Source of the DNA: Heterodontus francisci
Lineage: Eukaryota
Assembly (NCBI RefSeq): GCF_036365525.1
Contig: NW_027142325.1
Coordinates: 248,001 to 312,000 of the forward strand
DNA: 64,000 nt
Direction of reading: 5' to 3'
The position numbers and the translations under genes are program-made. Position 1 is the stretch's first letter. The number at the start of each line of letters is the position of its first letter. A model generated the notes under the pieces. That model saw nothing but the letters and a program-made list of their open reading frames with translations, was not told where the DNA came from and did no database searches. Positions 37,281-51,600 of this stretch are shown piece after piece.

Positions 37281-40108
37281 GTGCAGGAGGGTTTAAGTTC
37301 AAGGCAGACTATGAAAGAAGCAGAAAGGAAGGATAACTCAGGAGTTATTATTAGAGATGTTGGAAATCATGAGGGTAAGAAAGCTAGCATAAAGGCACTT
37401 TACCTGAATGCTCGTAGCATTCGTAACAAGGTTGATGAGTTAACGGCACAAATCATCACGAATAAATATGATTTGGTAGCCATTACGGAGACATGGTTAC
37501 AGGTTGGTCACGACTGGGAGTTAAATATCCAGGCGTACCAGACTATTCGGAAGGACAGACAGGAAGGTAAGGGAGGTGGTGTAGCTCTGATATTCAAGGA
37601 CGACATCAGGGCAGTGCTGAGAGATGATATAGGTTCTATGGAGAATGAGGTTGAATCAATTTGGGTGGAAATTAGAAACTCTAAGAAGAAAAAGTCATTG
37701 ATAGGCGTAGTCTATAGGCCACCAAATAATATCACATTGGGGCGGGCAATAAACAAAGAAATAACTAATGCCTGTAAAAATGGTACGGCAATTATCATGG
37801 GGGATTTTAATCTACATGTAGATTGGTCGAACCAGCTCAGTCAGGGTAGCCTTGAGGAGGAATTCGTTGAGTGTATCCGTGATAGTTTTCTTGAACAGTA
37901 TGTAATGGAACCGACGAGGGAGCAAGCTATCCTAGATCTAGTCCTGTGTGATGAGACAGGAATAATTAATGACCTCATAGTTAGGGATCCTCTTGGAAGG
38001 AGTGATCACAGTATGGTTGAATTTAGAATACAAATGGAGAGTGTGAAGATAAAATCCAATACCAGGGTCCTGCGCTTGAACAAGGGGGACTACAATAGAA
38101 TGAGGGAGGACTTGGCTAAAGTAGACTGGAAACAAAGATTTTATGGTGGGACAGTTGACGAGCAGTGGAGGACTTTCAAAGCAATTTTTCAAAGTGCTCA
38201 GCTAAAGTATATTCCAGTGAAAAGGAAGGACTGGAAGAAAAGGGGTAATATGCCATGGGTGTCTAAGGAAATAAGGGAGGCTATCAAATTGAAAGAGAAG
38301 GCATACAAAGTGGCCAAAAGCAGCTTGAAACTAGAAGATTGGGAAAACTTTAAAGGTCAACAGAAAGCCACAAAAAGAGCTATAAAGAAAAGTAAGATAG
38401 AACATGAGAAAAAACTAGCACAGAATATAAAGACAGATAGCAAAAGTTTCTATAAATATATAAAACGAAAAAGAGTGGCTAAAGTAAACGTTGGTCCTTT
38501 AGAGGATGAGAAGGGGAATTTAGTTATGGGATATGATGAAATGGCCGAGGCATTGAACAGGTATTTTGTATCGGTCTTCACAGTGGAGGACATTAATAAC
38601 ATGCCAGTAATTGACAAAGAGACGAACGTAGGTGAGGACCTGGAAACAATCATTATTACGGAAGAGGTAGTGTTGGGCCAGCTAATGGAGCTAAGGATTG
38701 ATAAGTCTCCTGGCCCTAATGGAATGTCCCAGCTGATTGGAAAACAGCAGATGTGACGCCACTGTTTAAAAAGGGAGGTAGACAAAAGATGGGGAATTAT
38801 AGACCGGTTAGCTTAACCTCTGCAGTGGGGAAGATGCTTGAGTCTATTATCAAGGAAGAAATAGCAGGGCATCTCGATAGAAATTGTCCCGTTGGGCAGA
38901 CGCAGCATGGGTTCATGAAGGGCAGGTCATGCTTGACAAATCTTTTGGAATTCTATGATGACATTACGAGCAAGGTGGACAATGGGGACCCAGTGGATGT
39001 GGTGTACCTAGATTTCCAAAAGGCCTTAGACAAGGTGCCGCACAAGAGGCTGCTGCATAAGATAATGATGCATGGCGTCAGGGGTAAAGTATTAGCATGG
39101 ATAGAGGATTGGTTGACTAACAGGAAGCAGAGAGTGGGGATAAATGAGTGCTATTCTGGTTGGCAATCAGTCACTAGTGGTGTGCCTCAGGGATCGGTGT
39201 TGGGACCGCAATTATTTACAATTTATATAGATGATTTGGAGTTGGGGACCACGTGTAGGGTGTCAAAGTTTGCAGATGACACTAAGATGAGTGGCAGAGC
39301 AAAGTATGCAGATGACTGTGAAACTTTGCAGAGGAACATAGATACATTGAGTGAGTGGGCAAAGGTCTGGCAGACGGAATACAATGTTAATAAATGTGAA
39401 GTCATTCATTTCGGTAGGAGTAACAGTAAAAACGATTATTACTTGAATGGTAAAAAGTTGCAGCATGCTACTATGCAGAGGGACCTGGGTGTCCTTGTGC
39501 ATGAATCGCAGAAGGTTGGTCTGCAGGTACAGCAAGTAATTAGGAAGGCAAATGGAATTTTGTCCTTCATTGCTAAAGGGATTGAGTTTAAAAGCAGAGA
39601 GGTTATGTTGCAGCTGTATAAGGTACTGGTGAGGCCGCACCTGGAGTACTGTGTGCAGTTTTGGTCTCCTTACTTGAGAAAGGATATACTGGCACTGGAG
39701 AGGGTGCAGAGGAGGTTCACTAGGTTGATTCCAGAGTTGAGGGGGTTGGCTTATGAGGAGAGACTGAGTAGATTGGGATTATATTCATTGGAATTCAGAA
39801 GAATGAGGGGGGATCTTACAGAAACATATAAAATCATGAAGGGAATAGATAAGATACAAGTAGAGAGGATGTTTCCACTGGCAGGTGAAGCTAGGACAAG
39901 AGGGCATAGCCTCAAGATTAGAGGGAGCAGATTTAGGACTGAATTAAGAAGGAACTTCTTCACCCAGAGGGTTGCTAATCTGTGGAATTCCTTGCCCAGT
40001 GAAGTAGTTGACGCTTCTCCAGTAAACGTTTTTAAAGCTAAGGTAAATATCTTTTTGAACAATAAAGGAATTAAGGGATACGGTGGGAGCGCGGGTAAGT
40101 GGATCTGA
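37281..40108 (+). pseudogene. CR1 ORF2: APE endonuclease + reverse transcriptase; frame broken by a deletion near 38727
   Basis: LYLNARSI, AITETW, MGDFN, RSDH; LDFQKALDKVPH, GVPQGSVLGP, FADD. Confidence 0.93.
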
Positions 40109-40228
40109 GTCCACGAAAAGATCAGCCATGATCTTATTGAATCGCGGAGCAGGCTTAAGTGGCCGGACGGCCTACTCCTGCTCCTAGTTCTGATGATCTT
40201 ATGATCTTATTACTCTGTATCTTGCCCG

Positions 40229-43200
40229 TTTTTTTCATCTCTATTTTTATAATATGGCCTTTTTGCCCCAGGACCCTTTTATATATTTTATGTCGAGGTG
40301 GCCTTTATTTTTCTGGCCCCCTTTATATACATTTTATAAAAATAACTTTATTAAAAAAAGATAAATAAAACAAAACTCAAATTAAAATGCCATTCTCGGC
40401 ATCAATTATGCACTCCAGCCCCGACAGTGCTCACCGGTCGTGGAAGGCCTCAAGCGTACCGGCGGACGCCGCATGCTCCTTCTCCGGGGACAACTGGGCA
40501 CGAACGTAACTGCGGAAGAGGGGCAGGCAATCAGGGAGGACGGACCCCCCGATGACCCGCAGCCTGGAAATGTGAATTGCCACCTTGGCCAGGCCCAGGA
40601 GCAGACCAATGAGGAGATCCTCCTCCCGGCCCACGCCCCTCCGCATCGGGTGCCCAAAGATCAGGAGCGTGGGGCTGAAGTGCAACCAAAACCTGAGGAG
40701 CAGCCCCTTCAAATACTCAAACAGGGGCTGCAACCTCGCACACTCCATATACACGTGGAAAACGGACTCATCCGGACCGCAGAATTTACAGGCGGCCTGG
40801 GAGTCCGTGAACCTACTTAAAAGTCTATAGCACGGGACTGCCCTGTGCAACACCCTCCACCCGAGGCCCCCAATGTAAAGGAGGATTCCCGCATAGAGAG
40901 ACCTCCATCGGGGTTTCCCCTTGCTGCCAGATGGCAACACGGACTGCCAGGGCGTGTCTGACCAGCTGATGAGGGCGAGGAAGTGGAGAGTGAGCAGGAG
41001 CAGCCCGCACAGGAAACCCCTCCCCCCCAATTGGAATGACCCGGAGGGCATTTCCGATGAGCAGTTCCGGCCAAGCCCCCTCGTCACCCGCAGTGAGGGG
41101 CGTCCTGGGGGCTTCAGCTACTTATTCGGCCGTCGGTCCATCCCTGGGGCCGGCCCACCAGACAGCCAGTTTTTAAGCAGGCGGAGATCGCCCCTCTTCG
41201 GCAGCAGGACGATGACCACCCTGCGCCACGAGACGGGCATCTCCCCGGTCGCCAGGCTTTCCCCCAGGACCTGCGCGTAATCATCCCTCAGGATGTCCCA
41301 GAATGCCCTGAGGAACTCCACGGTCAGCCCGTCCAGCCCTGGGAATTTGCCCCTCGAGAGCTGGTGGAGGGCGCCAGTCAGCTCCGCCAACGTGAGCGGA
41401 GCCTCCAATCCTTTGGCGCCCTCCGGGCTGACCTGCGGCTGGTCCTCCCACAAAACTCTGCGCGCGTCCTCGCTGGACGGATCCGGAGAGAACAACACAC
41501 TGTAATAAGTACGGACCAGGAGGTCCATTCCCTCTGGATCTGTGACGGAGGATCCGTTGTCAGCCAGCAGCTCAGCGAGCTGCTTACGGACATCCCGCCA
41601 TTTTTCCAGCGAGTAGAAGAAGGGTGAGGCGTTGTCCAAATCTTCCAGGATCTGGATCCTCGACCTCACGTATGCGCCTCGGGACCCTATGTGCTGCAGG
41701 TCCTCAGCGCGCCCTTCTCTTTGTACGCCTACCACAGGGCCAGGTCCGCGACGGCATGACCGAGGCGGGACTCCAAGTCGAGCACCTCCCTCTCTAGGTG
41801 CCTGATCTCGGCTTCCCGCCTCTTGGTCGACCCCTTCGCGTACTCCTGACTGAAGACGCGGATGTGAGTCTTGCCCACATCCCACCATAGCCTCAAGGAG
41901 GGGAAGCCCCCCTGCTTCCTTCTCCAGTCAGCCCAGAATCGACGGAATGAGTCCCGGAATCGCTCATCTTCCAGCAGCCGGTTGTTAAAGTGCCAGTACG
42001 CGGACCCCGTGTGAGGAGCGGAATGAACTCTGCCCACACCAGGTGGTGGTCCAAGCACTGCACCAGCCGCATGGAGGCTGCCGAGACGCGGGAGACGAGC
42101 GCCTGCAAAAAGTAGAGGCAGCCGATTCGGGACCCTCCTCCTCCAGACCTCCAGGTGAAGGCGCTGGAGTTGGGATGGAGATTCCGCCAGACGTCCACCA
42201 AGTTAAGGGAGCTGATCAGTTCCCTCAACTTCTCCACCGACGCTTCGCCGCGCTGGGGACCGCAGCGATCCTCCACCTCGAGGGTGCAGATAAAATCCCC
42301 CCCAAGGATGATGCACTTGCCGCTATCGATGGAGCTCAAGAGAGCGGACACTTCTTCAAAGAAGCGTGTGGGTTTCCTGCAGAAAATTCACCGCATATCT
42401 CCCTTCCCTGAGGACTGAGAGATTGTGAAATCTGCGGTGAGACCCCCTGCTGCCCTTGATGTTGAGGCTGGCTATGGTTATCTTCATGTCAAAGGTACTT
42501 AAAACCCGTCACCAACACCTCACTGTGAGGAGGGAACGGAAGTTCACCTGGCCCTCCACTCCCCCAGCAACCCATCGAGGAATGCATTAAAACGGCACCT
42601 CTCAACCAGTTTCGTGCCCTCACCCTTGCCCGCTTTCTTGAGGGCGGCATGGACAGACTGGATGATCAGCTCCAGACTCGACCAACGGCCGAGGGCCAGC
42701 TGAACTTTATCGCGGCAACCCCTGCAAGCCGCGAGGAAATCCCGGAGTTCCGCCGTGGGGATGAGAGGAGACTCGGTGGGAGGCACGAGGGACTCTACCA
42801 CCTCACTGGCAATGGAATCAAGGTTGTCCTCCATGCCCCAAACCGAGTCCCCATCCTCCTCCTGGTTGTCACTGCCAGCGGTCGACACACCCACCACACA
42901 CTGTGGGCGGACGTCCCGGCCGCGCCAGCTGGTCCCGCCTCCGTCACGATCCCACCCACAGGATCGATGGCGGAGGAGTCCCCTCTGGGTTCTAAGATGG
43001 AACTGGAGCCTGTGGGCACCAGCGGTTCAGGACCCTGCTCCACCTCCGTCCCCAGGCCAATGAGCAGTCCAGGGGAGACGGAAGTTCCCGACTCCGGAAA
43101 TCCAGCCGGTGCTGAGACCGGAGGTGAAGAGAGGAGGCCATCTCCCGCTCCGCCAGCACCCACAGGCCCAGCAGATGGGGCAGCATTTTCAGTTATAACC

Positions 43201-45180
43201 AGGTCTGGTGTCTCCTGGTTGTCAGTGGATTCTGGCTGGGAGGGCCGACCCTTTGGGGACTCGCCCTCCCCTCCACGCAGGCCACCGGACCCAGTGGCAG
43301 AACGGGAGGCTTCTCCAGAAGCGTCCCCAGACTCCCCCACCACAAGTAGGGCTTCAATTGCTCCCACAGGAGGGGCTGCATGTAGCGGGGCCTCCCCCTC
43401 CCCTCCATCCTGAAGAATAGGGAGCTCCTACCCAGACTTTGCAGTCTTGATGTTGGTGGTGGTAGGGGGAACCTGGGGACCCGAAACAGGAGACAGCTCC
43501 CCTCCAACAGATGGGCCCTGCACCTCAGGGCCCTGTGTTACCTCTGTGGAGGGGTGCCTTCTCCTCTTTTTCCCACTGGGGCACAGAGGCTCAGAGACCT
43601 CCATGTCATCAGAGGCCTCCGCCTCCGCACCCTTTTTTTTTTAGTTACTCTGGGCCTGAGCCCAGCCTTGGGACAGGTGGATTCCCTGGGAGCGGGCCTT
43701 GGGCTGAGCCCAGACTCAGATTGTGTCACGGCGTCCAGGGAATGAGCCTCTCAGTGTTTACTTTTCCTCCACGCCTTCCTTCCACTCGGACGGGCACTCC
43801 CCTCCCCGCCGGAGGCTGTGAAAACCACAGCCTCCGGAACCGACTAAGCGGTGTCTGTTGGATGTGTGGGGTGAGTGGGAGGAGGTGCAGTGTCGCCACC
43901 CTGGGCCGCCGAAGTGGAACTGGCGGCCGGGAGGTTGGGGCAGTTCTTATGAACATGCCCCACCCCCTTGCAGACGTGGCACCACACCCCGTCTAAGGTC
44001 CAAAAGACGTGGTAGACCGTCCCTGGAACTCCACACTGAAGTGGTCCTCCAAGACCTCCTCCCACGCCAGCTGCATAAATAGCTGGCGGCGGAAGGAGTA
44101 GACATGTCGGAGGCTGTGCTCCCGAAGACTAAGCCGGACTGGGGTGATCCCCGACCTCACCTCCCCCAGATGGTGCAGGTGGGGAAGGAGGAGCTCACTG
44201 GGAATAAAGGGCGGCACATTTGATAACATTATCCGCTGCGCAGTGGCCCCTAGAGGGTTCACCGGCAGGAAAGTCCAACCCACAGTGAGCCCTTTATTCA
44301 GGGCCAGGGGCACGGCCCGCTCGGTCTTCAGGAAGAACACAGCCTGCCCGTACATTTTTGAGGCTGCCACAATGGCTGAGGGGCCGACAACCTCGGCCAT
44401 TGCCTTTACGCAGGCCTCTATAGACATTGGGGTGGGGATAGCTCTTTACCCCATGGCTCGAAGTAATGAATTTAAAAGGTGACGGGGTCACACGGGCGGC
44501 CACAGAGGCTACAGCCGCATAGGTATGAGAAGGCCCCGCCACCAGTGATGATGGGCTTGCCATGGTTCAAGAGCCAAACCCATCCCCAAATTGCAGGCAA
44601 ACAAGCAAAAACAAAGAAACCAACTAGTAGGTTTGGGGAGAGGCTGAGGGAATACAGGAAAGGGGAAAGACAGGTTGCAAGCGATGACTTTGTTTTTTTT
44701 TTCTCCTTGAAGGGTGGTACTCAGAGCACTGTAAACACTCCTGGTCTTCCGGTTTTCTGGTTGTGGGAGGGGTCTTTTCCTGGGTCAGCCGAAAGCTGCC
44801 CAGGCACTAGTTAGATCCTTCTGTCTCTATAGCCAGGCAGCTTCAGCTGACTCAGGCTGGGCAATTAGGGTGGGGAGGGAGCTTCCTTGTGTATTCAGTG
44901 CAATGGCACAGATCCCTGCAGAATTGTACAGCCCCCACCCCTTGTTGTTCCGGCCTCTTCCACCTCCCACAACAGTCCAAATGAATTAAAGCCTGGTGCT
45001 CGACACCCACCTCGAAATACAGCCTTATTGCCAAAGTCTTTCCTCCTCTGCAGCAAAAGTTGTTCAAAATTTTGCAGTTCAGTCCTCAGCTCTCCCTCTA
45101 CAACAGCACCTCCAGCAACTGACTGCAGCACTATCAGCTGCACCTCGTTGATGCACTCAGCACCTCCAACTGGTTAGCAG
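40229..45180 (-). mobile_element. Tx1-clade LINE copy 1: both termini present, large internal deletions (most of RT lost)
   Basis: ORF1 zinc knuckle CHVCKGVGHVHKNC; EN remnant ILGGDF; C-terminal CKFC..ESVFHVYMEC; collinear with copy 2. Confidence 0.92.
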
Positions 45181-45557
45181 CTAACCCCGTTTTTTTTTTT
45201 CTTTTTTTTTTAGCTGCAAGACGGAGGAGTCGCTGGAGGAGGTGGAGGGTGAGAGACGCTGCCCGGAGGGGTCGGGATGGGTCGGGCGGCCCGGGATCCG
45301 GGGTAGGGAGTCACAGGGGGCGGGGGGAAGGGGATTAATGCCCCCCAACTCTTTCTGCCGCCCTCCTTTTCCCCCATTTTTTTCCCATGCGGATTCCCTA
45401 TGTAAACAGGTCACGCTGCAGTTCCAGCTTACGGCCACTGGCGGCGCTGCAGTTTGAGGCCTGGATTTTTAAAAACCCACAGCCTGGGCTGAGGGGCGGC
45501 TTCAGTCTGGGAAATGCAGACCTGGTGCTGTCCCGGGCTGTATGATAGAGAATCCAG

Positions 45558-45655
45558 GGAGCTTTACTCTGTATCTAACCCCCGTGCTGTACCTGTCCTG
45601 GGGAGTGTTTGATGTGGACAGTGTGGAGGGAGCTTGACTCTGTATCTAACCCCCG
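45558..45655. repeat. ~70-bp repeat unit (gagctttactctgtatctaaccccgtgctgtacctgtcctgggagtgtttgatg.ggacagtgt), 1.5 copies
   Basis: actctgtatctaac at 45566 and 45637; related copies at 52273-52405, 40212-40228 and 27185-27275. Confidence 0.85.
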
Positions 45656-48600
45656 TTTTTTTTTTTTTTCTTTTTTTTTTATATTTTATGTCGAGGGGGC
45701 CTTTATTCCTCAGGCCCCCTTTATATACACACTTATATTTTTAAAATAACTTTATTAAAACCAGATAAATAAACAAAAAAACTCAAATTAAAATGCCATT
45801 CTCGGCGTCGACGATGCACTCCAGTCCCTGCGGTGCCCACCGGTCGCGGAAGGCCTCAAGCGTACCGGCGGACACCGCATGCTCCTTTTCCAGGGACACC
45901 CAGGCGCGAACGTAACCGTGGAAGATGGGCAGGCAAACGGGGAGGACGGACCCCCCGACGGCCCGCAACCTGGACCTGTGAATTGCCACCTTGGCCAGGC
46001 CCAGGAGCAGACCGACGAGGAGATCCTCCTCCCGGCCCAAGCCCCTCCGCACCGGGTGCCCAAAGATCAGGAGCGTGGGACTGAAGTGCAGCCAGAATTT
46101 GAGGAGCAGCCCCTTCAGATACTCAAATAGGGGCTGCAACCTCGCACACTCCATATAAATGTGGAACACGGACTCGTCCAGGCCGCAGAAAGTACAGCTG
46201 GCCTGGGAGTCCGTGAACCTACTTAAAAGCCTATTGCACGGGACTGCTCTGTGCAGCACCCTCCACCCCAGGTCCCCGATGTAAAGGGGGAAGACTCCCG
46301 CGTCGAGAGACCTCCATCGGGGTTTCCCCTCGCCGCCAGATGGCAACGCGGACCGCCAGGGCGTGTCCGGCCGGCTGACGAGGGCGAGGAAGTGGAGAGT
46401 GTGCAGGAGCAGCCCGTACAGGAAACCCCTCCGCGCCGATTGGAATGGCACGGAGGGCATTTCCTAGAGGCGGCTCGGGTTGTGCGGGACCGGCTCCCGA
46501 GGAGGGTTTCGGGGCCTGGGTCCGATGAGCAGTTCCGGCCGAGCGGGGGTCAGCTCGGCCGGGATCGCTCCGCACTCCCGAGCCCCCTCGCCATCCGCAG
46601 TGAGGGGCGTCCCGGGGGTTTCGGCTACTCCTCCGCCCGCCGGACCGTCCCCGGAGTCGGCCGCCCGGACAGCCGAGGCGCTCTCCTCCGCCGGCGGGGG
46701 AGCGCCCTGACTGGAGGCGACCATGTTCCAGACTCGGAAAAGATCCCGGTAAAAGACAGGCAACTCCCTCAGAGAGGCGCGGCTAACGGACTCCACCGGG
46801 AGCTGCGTGTCGTCTTGAAGGCAGTGACACTGGCGGAAAAAATACGTCGCCAGCGCACACCATCTGGGAGGACGCTCGACGTACAGGTATCTCTGCAGGG
46901 TCCGAAGGCGGAGAGTCGCAGCCTGGGTGCGGACGCACACCAGCGACTGACCGCCCTCCTCGATCGGGAGACTCAGGACCGCGGCAGAGACCCAGTGTTT
47001 CCTCTTGCCCCAGAAGAAATCGACGAGTTTCTACTGGATCTTGGTGGCAAATACAGGGGGCGGGGCCAAAGTGACCAACCGGTACCACAGCATGGAGGCC
47101 ATCAGTTGGTTTATGACCAACGCTCGGCCCCTGTAGGAAAGCACTCGGAGCAGTCCTGTCCAGCGCCCCAGCCGAGCAGTGACTTTCGCCTCCAACTCCT
47201 GCCAGTTTGCCGGCCAGGCTTCCTCAGCGGGGCTAAGGTGGACTCCCAGATAGAGGAGGTGCGTGGTGCTCCACGCAAAAGGTGTCATCTCCTCCGGCAG
47301 GGAGTCCACCCGCCACTGACCAACCAGGAGTCCGGAACATTTCTCCCAATTGATCCTCGCGGAGGACGCGGCAGAAAAGGTCTGCTGGCAGTCGCGCATC
47401 CTCCGCAAGTCAACGGGATCTGTGATTGCGAGGAGCACGTCGTCGGCGTAAGCCGAGAGGACGACCCGCATGGCCGGCTCGCGCAGAGCCAATCCCGTCA
47501 ACCTCCTGCGAAGCAGGCACAGGAAGGGCTCCACGCAGATGGTATACAATTGGCCGGACATGGGGCACCCCTGACGCACTCCTCTCCCAAATCGAAGGGG
47601 CGCCGTCAAGGACCCGTTAACTTTGACTGGACACTCTGCGGCGGCGTATAAAAGTCGGACCCGGGCCACGAAATGCGGCCCGAGTCCGAAAGCGCGCAGA
47701 GTCCCGAAAAGGTAATCGTGATCCACCCTGTCGAACGCCTTCTCCTGATCGAGGGAGAGAAAGGCGACCGACTGACCAGTCCTCTGGGAAAGATGGATCA
47801 GGTCCCGGACCAGGTGGATGTTGTCCTGGATGGACCGGCCCGGGACCGTGTAGGACTGGTCGGGGTGTATCATGTGGGCCAGCACGGAGCCCAGGCGGGT
47901 AGACATAGCCCGGGCAAAGATCTTATAATCCGTGCTGAGGAGGGAGACCGGACGCCAGTTTTTAAGCAGGCGGAGATCGCCCCTCTTTGGCAGCAGGACG
48001 ATGACCGCCCTGCGCCACGAGAGGGGCATCTCCCCGGTCGCCAGGCTTTCCCCCAGGACCCGCGCGTAATCGTCCCCCAGGACGTCCCAGAACGCCCTGA
48101 GGAACTTCACGGTCATCCCATCCAGCCCTGGGGATTTGCCCCTCGAGAGCTGGTGGAGGGCGCCGGTCAGCTCCGCCAACGTGAGCGGAGCCTCCAATCC
48201 TTCGGCGGCTCCGGGCTGACCTGCGGCAGGTCCTCCCACAAAACTCTGCGCGCATCCTCGCTGGACGGATCCGGAGAGAACAACGCACTGTAATACGTCC
48301 GGACCAGGAGGCCCATTCCCTCCGGATCCGTGATGGAGGATCCGTCGTCGGCCAGCAGCTCGACGAGCTGCTTACGGACCCCCCGCCATTTTTCCAGCGA
48401 GTAGAAGAAGGGTGAGGCGCGGTCCAAATCTTCCAGGATCTGGATCCGCGACCTCACGTACGTGCCTCGGGACCCTATGAGCTGCAGGTCCCTCAGTGCG
48501 CCCTTCTTCTCTTTGTACGCCTGCCACAGGGCCGGGTCCGCGACGGCATGACCGAGGCGGGATTCTAAGTCGAGCACCTCCCTCTCAAGGCGCCCGATCT

Positions 48601-51600
48601 CGGCTTCCCGCCTCTTGGTCGACCCCCTCGCGTACTCCTGACAGAAGACGCGGATGTGAGTCTTGCCCACATCCCACCATAGCCTCAAGGAGGGGAAGCC
48701 CCCCTGCTTCCTTCTCCAGTCGGCCCAGAATCGACAGAACGAGTCCCGAAATCGCACGTCCTCCAGCAGCCGGTTGTTAAAGTGCCAGTACGCGGACCCC
48801 GCCCGCGTGTGGAGTGGAGTGAACTCCGCCCACACCAGGCGGTGGTCCGAGCACGGCACCAGCCGCATGGAGGCCGCCGAAACGCGGGAGACGTACGCCT
48901 GCGAAATGTAGAGGTGGTCGATTCGCGACCCCCCTCCTCCAGACCTCCACGTGAAGGCGCTGGAGTCAGGATGGAGATTCCGCCAGACGTCCACCAAGTT
49001 AAGGGAGCTGATCAGTCCCCTCAACTTCTCCACCGACGCTTGGCCGCGCTGGGGACCGGAGCGATCCCCCACCTCGAGGGTGCAGTTAAAATCCCCCCCG
49101 AGGATGATGCACTCGCCGCTATCGATGGAGCTCAAGAGAGCGGACACTTCTTCAAAGAAGCGCGCTTGCAACGCGCTGGGCCTGGGCGCGTACACGTTCA
49201 CAAAGTGGAGCGGCACGCTACCCAGGTGAACGGCGAGGTGGAGCAAGTGGCCCGGCACTAGCTCCTTGACCCCCAAGATCTCCGGCTGAAAAGTCGGGGC
49301 CAACAAGATAGCCACCCCACTAGAAATAGGGGTGAGGTGACTCATGTAGACCCCACCCTGCCACTCCAGGAGCCAGGTGGCTTCGTCTCCCGGAACGGTG
49401 TGGGTTTCCTGCAGAAAGCTCACCGCGTATCTCCCTTCCCTAAGGACTGAGAGATTGTGAAATCTGCGGTGAGCCCCTCTGCTGCCGTTGATGTTGAGGC
49501 TGGCTATGGTTATCTTCATGTCAAAGGTACTTAAAACCCGTCACCAACACCTCACTGTGAGGAGGGAGTGGAAGTGCACCTGGCCCTCCACTCCCCCAGC
49601 AACCCATTGAGGAACACATTAAAACGGCGCCTCTCAACCAGTTTCACGTCCGCGCGCTTGCCCGCTATCTTAAGGGCGGCACGGACGGACTGGATGATCA
49701 GCGCCAGATTCGACCAACGGTCGAGGGCCAGCTGAACTTTATTGCGGCAACCTCTGCAAGCCGCGAGGAAATCCCGGAGTTCCGCCGTGGGGATGAGAGG
49801 AGATTCGGTGGGAGGCACGAGGGACTCCACCACCTCACTGGCGATGGAATCAAGATCATCCTCCGTGCCCCGCACCGAATCCCCATCCTCCTCCGGGTCG
49901 TCACCGCCAGCGGCCGACACATCCACCACACACTGTGGGGCAGACGTCCCGGCCGCGCCAGCTGGTCCCGCCTCCGTCACGATCCCACCCCCAGGATCAA
50001 TGGCGGAGGAGTCCTCTCTGGGTTCTATTGTGAAACTGGAGCCTGTAGGCACCAGCGGTTCAGGACCCCCCTCCACCTCCATCACCCAGGCCAATGAGTG
50101 GTCCAGGGGAGACAGAAGTTCCGGACTCCGGGAAACCAGCCGGAGCCAAGACTGGAGGCGGCGAGAGGAGGCCATCTCCCGCTCCGCCAGCACCCACAGG
50201 CCCAGCAGATGGGGCAGCATTCTCAGTTATAACTGGGTCGGGTGTCTCCTGGTTGGTGGTGGACTCCGGCTGGGAGGCCCGACCCTCTGGGGCCTCGCCC
50301 TCCCCTTCATTCAGGGCACCCGACCCAGTAGCAGTGGCGGAATGGGCGGTTTCCCCAGGCTCCCCCACCACAAGCAGGGCCCCACTTACTCCTTCAGGAG
50401 GGGCCTCACGTACCGGGGCCATCCCCTCCCCTCCATCCTGAGGAATAGGGAGCACCTGCCCGGACTTTGCAGCCTTGGTGGTGGCGGTAGGGGGAACCTA
50501 AGGACCAGAAACAGGAGGCAGCTCCCCTCCAACAGATGGGCCCTGCACCTCAGGGCCCTGTGTTATTTCTGTGGAGGGGTGCCTTCTCCTCTTTTTCGCA
50601 TTTGGGCGCGGAGACTCAGAGACCTCCATGTCATCAGAGGCCTCCGCCTCCGCACCCTTTTTTCCCTTTTTAGTCACCCTGGGCCTGAGCCCAGCCCTGG
50701 GACAGGTGGATTCCATGGGAATGGGCTTTGGGCTGAGCTCAGGCTCGGGTTGAGTCAAAGTGGCCAGGGGACGCGCCTCACGATGTTTCTTTTTTTCCCC
50801 GCGTCTTCCTTCCGCTCGGTCGGACGCTCCCCTCCCCGCCAGAGGCTGTGAAAACCACAGCCTCCGGAACCGACTGAGCGGTGTCTGTTGGATGTGTGGG
50901 GGGAGTGGGAGGAGGTGCTGTGGAACCACTCTGGGCCGCCGGGGTGGAGCTGGCGGCCGGGAGGTTGGGGCAGTTCTTACGAACATGCCCCACCCCCTTG
51001 CAGACGTGGCACCGCGCCCCGTCCGAGGTCCAAAAGACGCGGTAGGCTGTCCCCTGGAACTCCACATTAAATTGGCCCTCTGTGTCCTCCTCCCATGCCA
51101 GCTGCATAAATAACTGGCGGCGGAAGGAGTAGACATGTTGGAGGCTGTGCTCCCGAAGACCAAGCCGGACTGGGGTGATCCCCGACCTCACCTCCCCCAG
51201 ATGGTGCAGGTGAGGGAGGAGGAGCTCACTGGGAATGAAGGGTGGGACGTTGGACAACATTATCCGATGCGCAGTGGCCCCCAGAGGGTCCACTGGCAGG
51301 AAGGTCCCCCCCACAGTGAGCCCTTTACTCAGGGCCAGGGACACCGCCCGCTCGGTCTTCAAAAAGAACACAGCCTTCCCATACATCTTTGAGGCCGCAA
51401 CAATGGCCGAGGGGCCGACAACCACGGCCATTGCCTTAACGCAGGCCTCAATAGACATGTTGGGGTGGGGATAGCTCTTCACCCCATGGCTGCATGTCAA
51501 TAATTTAAAGGGTGACGGGGCCACGTGGGCAGCCACAGAAGCTGCAGCTGCGTAGATAGTAGAGGGCCCCGCCACCGGTGATGAAGGGCTTGCCATGGGT

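Larger units (their letters stand above)
35982..40208 (+). mobile_element. Near full-length CR1 LINE
   Basis: 5' UTR, ORF1, ORF2 and (tatgatct)n-type tail. Confidence 0.95.

Noticed and set aside
35970-40220. CR1 also inserted into the Tx1 target repeat (gggagcatta...attactctgtatc, TSD atta)
   Set aside because: Only a 4-bp match, and the left sequence may belong to the CR1 5' UTR; not supportable without a consensus.
46251-47651. 466-aa antisense ORF and other + strand ORFs over Tx1
   Set aside because: Expected by-product of GC-rich coding sequence on the opposite strand; no recognisable domains.
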